A DNA stretch of 63,753 nucleotides, filler included, from Vannella sp. (GCA_023345925.1; 4 parts of 4 records of this genome joined end to end with filler, not necessarily neighbours in it); one strand, 5' to 3'. Shown: positions 12,386-24,265, counted from the whole stretch's first letter. Translations and numbers: made by a program. Notes: generated by a model not told the origin, from the letters alone.

Positions 12386-13012
12386 ATGAGCACTGTTACA
12401 CAAGCCAAGCGAAGCGACTCGACCCAAGCCAAGTACAACTTGGCGGTGGTTGGTGGAGGGGCTGTTGGCAAGAGCGCCTTGACCATCCAGTTCATTCAAC
12501 ACGTCTTCTGTGACGAGTACGATCCTACGATCGAGGACCAACATCGCAAACAAACTGTTGTCGATGAGGAATGCTGCCTTCTGGAGATCCTTGACACAGC
12601 AGGGCAGGAAGAGTACATCGCCATGCGCGACCAATATCTCCGCTCAGCAGAAGGCTTCCTCATCTGCTTCTCACTATGCGCTCGCACTTCTTTCCTTGAA
12701 GCGACACAGCTGTATGAAAGCATCCTCCGAGCCAAAGACGCAGAACACGTTCCCGTTGTCTTCGTTGGGAACAAGTCAGACTTGGTTTCCGAGCGCCAGA
12801 TCACTCAGGAAGAGATCACTTCCTTTGTTAGAAGCACAGGCGATAAGAACATGCGCTATATCGAGTGCAGCGCCAAGACGCGCACCAATGTCGATGAAGC
12901 CTTCCACACTCTTGTCCGTTCTGTTCGCCAAAGCAAGATCGACCAACAAAAGAAGCTTCGAAAGGACTCCAAAAAGAAGAGCCGCATGCATCCCACTTGC
13001 CCCCTCCTGTAA
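12386..13012 (+). CDS. Ras-family small GTPase
   Basis: GGGAVGKSALT, effector loop YDPTIED, DTAGQEEY, GNKSD, ECSAK, polybasic tail and CaaX CPLL. Confidence 0.95.
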   Translation: MSTVTQAKRSDSTQAKYNLAVVGGGAVGKSALTIQFIQHVFCDEYDPTIEDQHRKQTVVDEECCLLEILDTAGQEEYIAMRDQYLRSAEGFLICFSLCARTSFLEATQLYESILRAKDAEHVPVVFVGNKSDLVSERQITQEEITSFVRSTGDKNMRYIECSAKTRTNVDEAFHTLVRSVRQSKIDQQKKLRKDSKKKSRMHPTCPLL

Positions 13013-13160
13013 ATCACCCAAAAATCACTAAAATGTACTCTATCTCACTCCCTCTCACTTGCTTCTATTGTACTTCCCTTATCTGAAGTCAGACTGACAG
13101 TAAGGATACTAATCTAGTGGAAGATTGGCCCTCAAACAGGATTTATCTCAAAAGGAGTGT

Positions 13161-15273
13161 TCACTCTTCATCTTCCTCTTCTTCCTCGTCTTCGTCTTGT
13201 TCTTCATCGGAAGCCATAAACTCCTCGTCCGAGTTAAATTCATCCCCAAACTGCTGGAATGTGAGAAGGATTCACTCATCCATCGAACGGGAGAAGAAGA
13301 ATCTTACCTCGGGCTCGTCGGTATTGATTCCAACGAAGAGTTTGTTATCGGTGGGGTGAATAATAATGTCAAGAGACTCTTCGTTGCAGGGGGTGAAGGA
13401 GTCTGGGAAATTATCCTCAAAGCTCTTCTTAGTGACCTCTTGGAAGTGTGTAATCTGGCTTCATGATGAGATACAAGTCATTCTCTGCGTGGAAAGACGC
13501 ACCATTTGGTCAAGTTCTCGGCTTTCCCCTTCATCGCTCGGGGCACCCATCGGAGTGGCTTCAATCTTCTTGATTTGAGCAAAATCGAGTTCAATATAAC
13601 TCTTCCAGGCTTCGCTCTGGTTCAGAAGCTCTTCCAATTGCGGGTAAACATCAACGATAGATCTCAGTGAGGAAGCAAGAATGACAATATGACCCATATA
13701 TCCCTTCCTCCCGCTGCTCCTGAAAAATTGATGAGGAAAAGGACGCATCCTCCACTATCACATACTCTCCATTGACATTCGGCAGCTCTCCAGCTTCCCC
13801 AATACGCTCGTGGAGCTTAGTTTGACCGACAAGCTACCAAAAGGTCAGTCAGGTCGGTCGATAGGTATCGTCAATGTCCCAACCTCCATGATGAGTGCCT
13901 CGTTGTTGCTTTCCAGGACAGCTCGGGCGCATCCCGTCATTAGGGAATGGACAAAGTTATTCCAAGGGTACGAGAAGAAGAGATCCTGTCAGAGAGGGGT
14001 CAGAAAGTGGTAAAAGGGAGGTCCTTGAGCTGCAACGCACAAAACCAGTGACAAACAGCTTCTCTTTGAGTAGAGAGTCTAACAGGGAAGTGAACTGGGA
14101 CTCTGCTAGGGCTTTCAGCAACTCCAGCACCTGCACTCGAGCCAAACCGAAGGGAGGAGCCAGAGGACCCGTTGTGGTTGAGACTTGATGATCGTTTGGG
14201 GTTTCAAGATGTTCTTTCAGCTTTCCAAGAGAGGCTTCGAGGACTTGATAGACTGGAGGGAGCTCGCTGCTCTTCCTATCATCCACACCGCGCGCTTTGA
14301 ATCCCTGAACCAACTCAACCAGTACGGGAGCGCCGTAGATGACAGCAGAAGAGTTAGGCTTAGAGAGAACGAGTTCTGCTAGCTTAGTGATGTTCGCCAG
14401 ATGGCTCAGTTGGCCGAACACGAGCGATTCTTCTTGGCCCGCGTTCATCAGTTGGAAGGCGGTCACTGCCACTTCAATGAGGACTGTAGCAGCGTACTCA
14501 TGAGTAGATTCAGAGCACTGCGGATCGAACTTTTCGACCAATTGAGGGACTAGAGCTGCCCCAGCAAGCCACTGGAGATGATGAGTCCCATTCCCCTCTC
14601 TTTGGAAGGCTTTGGACCTACTTGGTCTGTGCGGTCGCTCTGTGAGCAAGTAAGGAGCTTGATAAGAAGCTCGCTGATAGCTGGGGAGTAGATGTGGGCC
14701 AGGAGCTGCTCCACTGTGTTCTCACGCTTTTCCAGATAGGAGATGATCTGAATGGGCCTCTTGACGAGTAGGAAGGTTACCACTCGGATGAAGTAACTCG
14801 TAAGGAGTGTATCGAGAGGTGCTTCCTTCCCAAGAAGGCTGAAGAGCGTGTCCAATTGCTCTTCCTTGAGGAGTTCCTCGTAGATGACAGCAGAGTCATA
14901 GCAGAGGACTTCAGCACAAAGGTAAGGGTATCTGATGATCGATGGTAAGTGTCTGCAGTCCAAAAAGGGCCTGTTGGCTTACCTGTACTTGACCGCATCA
15001 GGGGCATCAGGTTGCGACTCTGTAAGGAATCCAAGAGCCTTCTGCTGGGTTTCTGGCTTAGAGAAGCTACGGGATAACATCTTTCAGTACGTCGAAAAGG
15101 AAGAGAGAGGAAAGCGGCACCCACAACCCAATGAGAGCGTCATTTGCACTCCGAAGCTCTGTAAGGATCTCATCCTCATCCAGGATGCTCTCCAAGGTAG
15201 CGTCATCCTTCTCCAGCAAATTGGTGATAGGGGAGGTACTTGTCACCCATGAGAAGTTGTCCCAGTAAGCCAT
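13161..15273 (-). CDS. SIT4-associated protein / PP6 regulatory subunit (SAPS family), multi-exon
   Basis: SPITNLLEKDDATLESILDEDEILTELR, RYPYLCAEVL, PPFGLARVQVLELL, FFSYPWNNFVH, RKGYMGHI and an acidic tail. Confidence 0.9.
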
Positions 15274-15316
15274 CGCTGCCTCTTCAAGAAGAGCGGGAAG
15301 AACTAGTCAGACCGAC

Positions 15317-15340
15317 AAACCCTAAACTGCTAAACCCTAA
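15317..15340. promoter_or_regulatory. Two telo-box-like AAACCCTAA motifs in the divergent SAPS/XRCC1 intergenic region
   Basis: aaaccctaaa (15317-15326) and aaaccctaa (15332-15340) lie within a 105-bp bidirectional promoter region. Confidence 0.4.
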
Positions 15341-15378
15341 TCACCAGGAAATGTTTTTCTTTGTTATTGTTCTTGGCG

Positions 15379-16695
15379 ATGTGGCGGGCGCGGGGGTTGT
15401 GGCAAACGGCTGTTGGACTGGACGAGCCCTCTTCTGTGGACGTGGCACTTTGGAGGGAGAAGAAGGTCTTGCGGGCGGTGATGCTAGAGCTAGAACTAGA
15501 GGAGCTGCAACAGCTGAGTTCCATCACTGTCGGTAAGTTGGGAAAGGAACCTGGTTTAAGGTGCTCACTGCGTGTGCAGAGTGTGAAGGAGCATCATTTG
15601 TAGAGATCAGTGTTCTGTTTGAAGAAGACTGCGCGGAGTGGGTAATTCTAGTACCACGAACAACCATGCGCTCCTTCTCTTCGACCAAGAACGCCCGAAG
15701 AGTGTTCACACCGCACAAGCACTTCACTAGATCTATCAAAGAGAAGCCTTTCAAACTCGTGCGAGTCAACCTGGAGCAACCATTCGAAGACACCTGTCCC
15801 ATCGGATTGGAGGCTCTCCATTTCGGTTCGGTTGGCTCGGATCCCGTTGCTCTTGAGAGCTCAGCGGTTTCAGAAGCTCCTACGATTGAGGTGCTCCTTT
15901 TCAGGCAGTGGAACTTTCTATTGGACCAAAAGGCATCTCCAAGGCGAAGCTCCATTCAGTCAATAATTCGTGCTTTAGGAGGGAATGTCGTCTTTGATCC
16001 CCAAGACAATCTAGCGCGGAGATGCTTGATGGTGGAGGATCTTTATTCAGGAGTCATTCCCCCTTCACATTTAAACTGGCGTCCAGTCCTGTCCACTTGG
16101 GTGGAAGAGTGTCAGACACTTGGGAAACTCCTTCCCGTTCACAAATACGAAGAGCTGGAGACAGAGGATGATTCACAAACTTCACCAGCACACTTACTAC
16201 CTCGTTCAAGTTCTTCTCTCCGCTTTTTAGACGATTCGGACGACTCAGAAGATGACCCATTCGAAGTCCTTGTCGACAAGACCAAGAGACTGACCTCACC
16301 GCCGAAACAACCAAGAGTCCAGACTGCTTCTGAGGGGTCTGCTTCTGAGGGGTGGGAGCCAGCAGCATTCTTATCCGAAGTTGTGGTGGGAATGCACAGC
16401 TTGTCCATGGTGGAACAGCAGTGAGTAGTACTTTTGCCTCTTCCTATTCTTACACCGCACCAGTGAATTAGGGCGCTATATAGCAGCGTACGGTGGCCGT
16501 ATTCAATCGAATTGGGAGCGGGACAAGGGAATCACTCATTTGGTGGCCGGCTCGGCGCTGTTGGATGATACTTCCTCCACCGCTTTGATCATGGAGAACT
16601 TTCCACAAGTCTCCTTAGTCCATTCAGAGTGGGTAATCCAATGCCACAATCACCAAAAACTGGTTCCTACCAACGCATTTTTGTTGTTGCTGTAA
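15379..16695 (+). CDS. XRCC1: XRCC1-like DNA repair scaffold (XRCC1 N-terminal domain plus two BRCT domains)
   Basis: GASFVEISV...LVPRTTMRS...FKLVRVNLEQPFEDTCPIGL matches the XRCC1_N pattern. BRCT-like segments: IIRALGG..VLSTWVEEC and ITHLVA..VHSEWVIQC. Confidence 0.7.
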
Positions 16696-16701
16696 AAAAG
16701 A

Positions 16702-16773
16702 TGAGCCCAGAGAGATTCGAACTCCCAACCTTTCGCTCTGGAGGCGAACGCGCTACCGTTGCGCCATAGGCCC
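16702..16773 (-). tRNA. tRNA-Trp(CCA)
   Basis: GGGCCTATGGCGCAACGGTAGCGCGTTCGC-CTCCAGA-GCGAAAGGTTGGGAGTTCGAATCTCTCTGGGCTCA folds as a cloverleaf with a GTTCGAAT T-loop and a downstream T6 terminator. Confidence 0.96.
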
Positions 16774-16945
16774 GTAAAATTGATCCTGCCAAAAATTTCA
16801 TTTTTTTATATTTAAATGTAACATCATTGTTTCTGTTGTTTGTTGTTGTCTGATTTCCGCTCCACCTTGGTCTCATATAATTGAGTTTGGGTCTCTTTCT
16901 CTTGGTATCACTCATTGTGTTTGCTGGTTGGAGAGAGCCGTTGCG

Positions 16946-17839
16946 ATGTTTTCGGGAAAGTCGGCTTTCTTTACGGAATCGGTTGATGTCCGTTTGATTC
17001 AGTTATGGGGTGTGCACATACGAGCTTCAGGCATACTTATCACTTGCTGATTATGTCTCCAGCGGCCGGAGGAGGGAAACGGGAGGCTTTCAACAATGCG
17101 AAGATCATTTTTGCCGGTTCGCCTTCGGATTCGGAGTCGATACGGTACGATATCTCTACCAAGAGAGGAACGAATCTTATAGATCCTCGACAGGGCTCAT
17201 AAGAAGCAGTCCCCCGTGTATTCAGCCGCATTCATCACAGAATGCCTGAAACTCGGGAGATGGGCCTCCATAGGGTCGTTCCTCATCCCACCCGAAGGAA
17301 CCGAGTTGCCTATTGGTCTTGTTCCCGGCCAGGTCGGTTTCCACAGGGGCAGGGACGAAGCATTGGAGGTCGCAGCGACCGAAGCAACGTCTAAAGGGCG
17401 AAGCCCTTCTCTTCCCAAAGCAAAGCGTCAAAGGACAGATGCCAAGAGAGGAGAGGAAGAGGCGTCCAGTGAGGAAGACTCTTTCATTGTTGATCTCGTC
17501 GAAAGCGAAGGATCAACCACTCAGAGACCCGCAGAGCGGGGAAGCAGATCTCAATCCATGCCCTTACACCCTTTTAGTTCACAGGAATACTCTGACAGAG
17601 CCTCTACAGAGCGCCACCGCCTCAGCGCCCCTCCCGGTCCCGTTGAAGATGAAGAAGGCAGCGAAGAGGATCCTGGGGACCCTGCTCTTCCACGCAGGGC
17701 TTCCCAGAACATCATAAGGATCACTGGAATAGGCAAGAGCGACATCGAATGCGACGAGCGCCTCCTTCACTCGATCATCGGCTTCCAGGACTTCCTTCCT
17801 GGCCGTGGAGTCGATTCAGTTCAACCAATCCGTTCATAA
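16946..17839 (+). CDS. TERB2: TERB2-like meiotic telomere-bouquet protein (introns 17010-17062, 17145-17193)
   Basis: Spliced N-terminus MFSGKSAFFTESVDVRLIQLWAAGGGKREAFNNAKIIFAGSPSDSESIRAHKKQSPVYSAAFITEC...IGSFLIPP and C-terminal GFQDFLPG resemble the two conserved regions of TERB2 as recalled from memory. Confidence 0.72.
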
Positions 17840-17911
17840 AGCTGCCCTACGCTCAACTACCACTTACACCGGGCCCCAGTGGCCCTCATCTGATCATTCC
17901 TTGGAAGCCAG

Positions 17912-20900
17912 ATGCAAAGGGTGGCGGGCTCGCTCAAACTCCGGGAAGTCTTCGATGCCCTGGGTACGGGAGGCGCCATGAAAGATACCTAAGGCTAGCT
18001 TCTCATACTTGGGGATGCTACAGAGACGGGGCAGTCCAAGAAGGCAGTCAAACTCTGCAACGCCCTTCTGAAGCAGAACAAGAACGCAGAGTTGCCTCGG
18101 GTGGGAGGCTCTAAGAGCGTGCAGGTGATGCCTCTAACCATTAGAATGCGATAGGTTCTCAAGGCTATCGCTCTGGAGCAAGAAGGGAAAAACGAGGAAG
18201 CGCTTGAAGAGTGTTCGATTCTCATGGCCGCTAAACCGACGAACGAGGATGTCTTACGCAAGATCTCATATGTCTGCCGTGCTCTCGATAAGCGTACGCC
18301 TTCCCCTTCCTAACAAACAGATGTTGATCGTCTCGACAGGTGGATTGATCACCCAAGCCTATGAGAACGCGTACGAGAAGGAGCCAGCTCGGGAGGATCT
18401 CGCCATGGGTGTATTTCAATCGTATGCGCGAGAGATGCGCTTCACGGACCAGCGAACAGTACGTCAGACGAAGGCAACTCTCCTCTTGACCTAACTTGGA
18501 TCGCCAAGGTCGCTTTCAAGCTGATGAAGGCCTTCCCAAGAGAAAGGAAGTATGTGTTCTTCGTTGCGACCTCCTATCTGCAGCAACTCGATGCCACAGA
18601 CAAGAATCCAGCGAATATCAACTTGATGATCGCTTCTCGCACTCTCGATAAGGCGGAAAGCGACTACGAGGGATTCCAAACGATCGAAGGTTAGCTCTCT
18701 ACCCTCACCTACTGAGAGATTGAGTTGGGACTCACTTGCGGCAGAGCTTCTGCTGGCCGTTCAGATCAACGAGCTGCGACAGGACTTTACAAAGGTGCTG
18801 GGGCTCGTAGAGAAGTACGCAGGCCTTTTCAAGCTTCCAGGAGATGCATTAGAGCTTCGAGCACGCACTCTGGGCAAGTTAGGACGCTACGAAGAGGCCG
18901 GAGAGCTTTATGAGGAGCTACTTCTCGCCTTGGCGAAGGACAATTGGCGTTATATCATCTCCAGTATCGAATGCTCTTGCAAAGGCGACCTTACAACGCT
19001 TACAGAGGAGTCAGCAGAGAGAGTGTTCCAGTTGTTGGACAAAATGGATTCTGCAAGCTCCATTCCCCTTCGTTCTGTCCACTTGGGACGGGTTGAAGTT
19101 GCTTTCCAACTCTTCCAACTCTCCAAAACGACAGAGAACGCCCAACGGCTCATTGGGTTCGTAGGAACGCATTTGGCCCATTTCAGCAGCAAACTGGTCT
19201 GTTTCCGAGATATCCGGGGATATCTGGCTCAAATGGACCAGGAGTCCATCAAAGAAGTCATTGACTCTTATGAGAAGTCTCTGGAGAGTGAAAAGGGGCT
19301 CTTCCATGGCACTGGGGAGCTCACAGAGAAGATTGTTTACCGCAGAGTTCTGGCTGAGCAACTTAAAACCAAGTTTGGGTATTTCCTACAAGACACTGTT
19401 GAAGAGTCCCGCCAGAGAGTGGAGGAATACCTCAGAATCTATCAACTTGCACTCGCCATCCCTTCTGCCATCCAATTAGTCGAGACAGAGCGTCAGTACG
19501 CCGATGATCTTGTCCTGTTAGCAGCTCACCAGTACTTTGATCTCTTCCAGCAAACAAGTAGGCTTCAATGGATGCTCTTTTGGCTTAATCCTAACCTCCT
19601 CCTCAACAGAGAATCTGGAATACGTTATCCGTGCGTTGGCCGTCACAGTCATGGCGTATGAGAAAAGCAAGTTCAATTTCCACTTTAAGGTGTTAGCTAT
19701 TCGATTGTATGCCTACTTGGGCGCTTTGGCTCCAGGCTTTGAGTTGTATCAAAGCCTTGAATGCAAACACATTCAAATGGACACTTTCACTCACGTCCTA
19801 TTTGACGAGTCTCTCTCCCAAATGATTCCTGCTTGCACTGAGGGACTCCTCTTCTCCATGGAACACTTTTACTACGAATCTCTTCGAGAGCTGCCCGAGA
19901 TGGTGACTTATCCCTACGTCAGACAAAGTTACAGCCGCGTGAGAAGAGACTTTACCTGAGGCTTGCAGTTACTAACCTAGACCTAGGCTCGTGAGTTCCG
20001 CCACTTTTATGAGAAAGTGGCGAATACAGTCCAGCGAGCGTCCCATGCTGTTGAATATGCACTTTTTGAAGTTCTTACGTGCAAGACACCTGCTGAGACT
20101 CTTGAGAAGCTGAATTACAGCAAGAATAAGGTACTCATCGAGGGTAAGAGACTATTTGTAGCTTTTGTCTTGGCTAAGGAATGGTTCAGATGCCAAGTTG
20201 AACTCTGCTTTCTCCACCGCTGACAACTCCTTCTGGGATAATTGGCACTCAGTGGCAGATCTTTCATCTCCGTTCATTACAACATCTGCCACAATGGCTT
20301 TGTCTGATTCAGATCGGCTCCAAATGATCAAACTGCGTGGATTGACCCTCCAACTTCTCATTGCCCTCCTCGAACATGATGGAGAGACTTCTTCTCAAAC
20401 ACTTGAAAGTTACAAAGCAACCTTTGAGACCATCCCATTCGATGCCGACTCGAAACCAGTTTGGGAACAATCCATTCAACTTTTCCGTGCCGTTCAAGGT
20501 GTTGCAGGAGTATCTGCACTTCTAGCCAAGGCAGTAGTTGAAGAAGAGTCATTCAAAGTAGCTCTGAAAGAGCTTGAAGATCTCCCTGTGTCCTTGGACA
20601 GTAAGTTCTCAAACTTTAAACAATTCTCAGACTAACTGACTTTCTCGCCCAGCCTTGGGAAGTTCCCTTCTTGTTACTTGCGACTTTATTGGACAACATC
20701 TCCCTCTTTATAACCTCTTTGCCAGCTTAATGAGCTGGGGGCGCCTCCTTCTGCTTAGTCTGGCAGAAGGTATCCCAAAGAAGCTCAAAAAGAACGCAAA
20801 AGAGAATGCCAGAGAAGCCGTAAGTCCACTTCTTTGCATAAGAAGGACTTAGCTAACCTCTTTCAAAGCACCGCGATCTTCGAAACCAAGTAAAGAGCTC

Positions 20901-21096
20901 AACCACCCAACTTGCTGAAAGTGCAAAGAAGTTCTCTGACCACTTTGCGGCTGTTTCCACTCGCCAGTCCCTCTCCTTAGAAGTTACTCTTCCCGCAGGA
21001 TGCCCCACCGAACACTTGGAAGCTCTCTCTCAAGCGATAAGCTCAAGTTACCAAAAGTCCTTCGAGAACCTCTCCCAGCGACTGGCTTCCTTCTGA
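17912..21096 (+). CDS. NAA25: NatB auxiliary subunit (NAA25/MDM20), multi-exon
   Basis: LREVFDALETGQSKKAVKLCNALLKQ...VLKAIALEQEGKNEEA, HFSSKLVCFRDI, ETERQYADDLVLL, SKFNFHFKVLAIRLY..LG..YQSLECKHIQMDT. Confidence 0.9.
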
Positions 21097-21194
21097 AGTC
21101 CCTTCCTCCCTCTTTAGCACCAAAAGTCCATCTCTCTACTTCAGTTGTTCATTGTCACGTTCGATCAGGAATGGGGAAATATACTTGCACTTAT

Positions 21195-22463
21195 CTAGAA
21201 CTCAAAGAGAGCTTCTTCTGCCTCTGAGCGAGGCTTTCCGGAAGTCCTTCTTGAAAAGGAGGATTTGATACGACTCCAGAGACTGTCAGAGTCATTAAAG
21301 GACTCGGGTAAGTGGAATCCCCCACGCAAGTGAGAGACTGTGGCAATCAACAAAGCCAGAACGACTAATCCAAACAGAACCGGAATGACTACGGAGAAGG
21401 CAATAACACTGCGGTCGTGACGGCGCTTGGCGATGTAGGAATCTTGGATATCCTGAGCCGCCCGATAAACTGTGCTGCACCCATCACAAGGGACTGCAGG
21501 ATAAGGAGGAGGGTTCTTTGCATCATAATACACTAACCCAGACCCCACAGATGGTTTGACAAAAGTAAACAAAGCAGCAACATAGGCGGGACCTCTGGGT
21601 GCACTCGGATCTGTTGACACATAAAGAAGAGGCGGTTGATGCGTGTTATCCACTGCCACACCCTCAGGATTCTCCATGGGAAGGTCCCAATAGTCATAAA
21701 CGATCGTGCCGGCAATGTTAATCAAATAGAGCCGTTCACTTTGGTCCGAAACCACCCAAAGTCGGTCCAATGTCTCGTCATAGTCCAACCCGCTGATGTC
21801 TCCCGAGTAATCGGGGTAGACCACATCAATGATGGCCCCGTCTGGTTTGATGGTGTAGAAGACACGCGGGTGCTTCTCGTTGGCGACGTAAAGGAGATTG
21901 CGGGAAGTATCGACCGCCATTGCTTCCAGGCCCGAGCGTGCATCCCCCACCTCACGTTCTACGGAGAAGCGACTGACTTCAATCAATCTCGGATGCTTGC
22001 CCTCTCGCTCCTCCCAGTCCCCTGGTCGTATTGGCAATCGGTACGAGTGGATTTCGTGTCGCGCCTCTTCAGCGACGTAGAAGAGCTTGTTCACTACATC
22101 ACAGGCTACTGTCTCGATATCGCTTAACGTAGTGGCAAACTGAAACTGCTGGATCTACAAAGGAGCCCGCACAGGTGAGAACAGAAGGTCCTTTGGAATG
22201 AAGAGCGAGTTCCCATCAAGCAAACGCACCAGATTGCCCGCTCGATCAACCTCGTAGATGTACTGGCATTGAGGCGTGTCACAGATCATGTAGAGATGCT
22301 CCGTGATGTTGCAAAAGGTCAATCCAGAGGGCTGAGATACAAATCTGCCGACCAACACGGCCTGGATAGGCTGCAGAGGCTGAATCTTCGTTGTAATGGC
22401 CAATCCCAACGTTGCCATCCCCACTACGAACAACCACAACACCCAGCAAGGTTGCCCCCGCAT
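21195..22463 (-). CDS. SdiA-regulated/YjiK-like beta-propeller, type I membrane protein (one intron)
   Basis: Signal peptide; repeats QPSGLTF, GLEAMAVD..LYVANEKHP, DISGLDYD..LWVVSDQS, NPEGVAVD; C-terminal TM segment VIAFSVVIPVLFGLVVLALLIA. Confidence 0.72.
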
Positions 22464-22603
22464 GACTCCCTGGAGGAAAGAAGAATGACCCAAAGGAAGG
22501 GGAAATGTCCCCTCCCTCCTCGCCTTGGCCCCTTTTCAACGTTCCCGTTGTGTTTGTAAGCCTCTTTCTCTCTATCTTTCTTGTATTCAACGAGGAAATG
22601 GCC

Positions 22604-23427
22604 TCAGCAACAACCTTCGTTGTTGGGAGGCGCTTGAGGTTCCTCTACTCCGAGCAGAATCGGTCCGCCAGCGCTGTAACTGGTCGGTCGACTACTTGCT
22701 TTTGTCTCTCCACGGACTGTTAACATTCCTGTTGCGCTACGGTGAGCCCTCTGCCTGGTTCTGATCCTTTCTAATGGGGACTTACGTTTGGCGAGGTCCA
22801 GGAAGAGATCTTCGACCCCTTGATTGATCTTTGCGGATGTGCTAAAGTGCTTTGCACCAACAGAGGCAGCGTAGGCCTCCGCTTCTTCAAGAGAGACGAT
22901 GCGGTTCAAGTCGACCTTGTTGCCAGCAATGGCTAAGGTGATGTCCTTTCCCAGCATGCGCCGAAGCTCCTTGACCCACATCTTAACCTTGAGGAAGGAA
23001 TCCCGGTCTGTAACGTCGTAGACTAACAACGCGCCTTCCTTCGGGTCAACCTCCCGTCCCTTGCCTTGACTGGGGCATCACCTACCATTGGCGTCTCTGT
23101 AGTAAATAGGTCCAAGCGCATGGAACCGCTCCTGCCCAGCTGTGTCCTGCAGGGCAACGTGAGAATCAAGTTGAAACACATCAGACTGCAGAAGGACGAA
23201 CCCAGATAGCCAGGTTCACTCGCCTAGAAGAGATGTTGAGGGATTTGCGTAGAAAGGAAGCCTGGATAGTCGTGATGTGGCTGTCGTTGAACTTGTTCTC
23301 GCAATACCGCAGAACCAGGGAGCTCTTCCCCACGCACCCTGAAGATCCCACTCAGCCCCACTCATTCTTCCTCTCCTGGCCACCCACCTTCTCCCAGCAG
23401 GACGATCTTAAAGTTCTGCGCCTCCAT
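22604..23427 (-). CDS. RAB21: Rab21 GTPase, multi-exon
   Basis: FKIVLLGE|GCVGKSSLVLRYCENKFNDSHITTIQASF, DTAGQERFHALGPIYYRD, WVKELRRMLG, C-terminal GCC. Confidence 0.93.
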
Positions 23428-23581
23428 CACCACCAACCAAAGGGGAAATGGTCGGAAACTTCTCTTCCGATTCCAAATGGATCCAAGTGGATGCTTCTTT
23501 CTCCTTTGTTCCCATTTTTCCTGTTAACAACCTTGGATTCACACTCACGATTTTCCATAAACCCCCGTACCGAGACAGTTC

Positions 23582-23596
23582 AACCCTAAACCCTAA
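23582..23596. promoter_or_regulatory. Telomere-like/telo-box motif AACCCTAAACCCTAA upstream of Rab21
   Basis: Two CCCTAA(A) units about 155 bp upstream of the Rab21 ATG. Confidence 0.35.
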
Positions 23597-23673
23597 GCCA
23601 CTGGACTGAAACACCCAAAAAGTGAATAAATGAAATCAGTCCAAAAGCTTATCCTGAAGAGATGGAGGTCATC

Positions 23674-23773
23674 NNNNNNNNNNNNNNNNNNNNNNNNNNN
23701 NNNNNNNNNNNNNNNNNTTAATTAATTAANNNNNNNNNNNNNNNNNNNNNNNNNNNNNNNNNNNNNNNNNNNN
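23674..23773. other. Artificial contig-joining linker
   Basis: N44-TTAATTAATTAA-N44 (stops in all six frames). The identical unit occurs three times. Confidence 0.97.
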
Positions 23774-23805
23774 CAGTGAAGACGTGTTTAGTTGATTAAA
23801 CGTAT

Positions 23806-23964
23806 CTACGGATGTTGAGGAGCGGCAACTTGGGGAGCTGTTTGTTGTCTGGTGATAACAATACCAATAGTAATAGTGACACTAATGATCGTTACCATAA
23901 CAATACCACTTGCACCAATGATCATAGAAGCCTGGACCAGAGAGTCACCTGCGCTGTTGCTCAT
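23806..23964 (-). CDS. Possible 52-aa single-pass membrane micropeptide
   Basis: MSNSAGDSLVQASMIIGASGIVMVTIISVTITIGIVITRQQTAPQVAAPQHP*; one long hydrophobic stretch. Confidence 0.3.
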   Translation of the reverse strand: MSNSAGDSLVQASMIIGASGIVMVTIISVTITIGIVITRQQTAPQVAAPQHP

Positions 23965-24265
23965 CAGGACACTCTCCGCAAACGCAAGACTAGAGGAAAT
24001 GAGAATGCGAAAGACTGCCGTTTGCCCATTCCCTTGACCAATATTACTACGAAGGATACTGCTGCAACAGCTTCTCCAATTTACGGCATCATTTGAAGAC
24101 TCAAAGCAAGAGAGAATTCACCGCCCCAGTCAACCACGTCCGCTGGCCTCTCAATTGAAAAGTACCTCTAAATTTGATCGGGACCCTTGCGAATCAAATT
24201 TTTATATGTTTTTAAGAGGGCCATTATTCCATCATCAGGGAGAGGGTTGAAAGGAGCTAAAAGGT

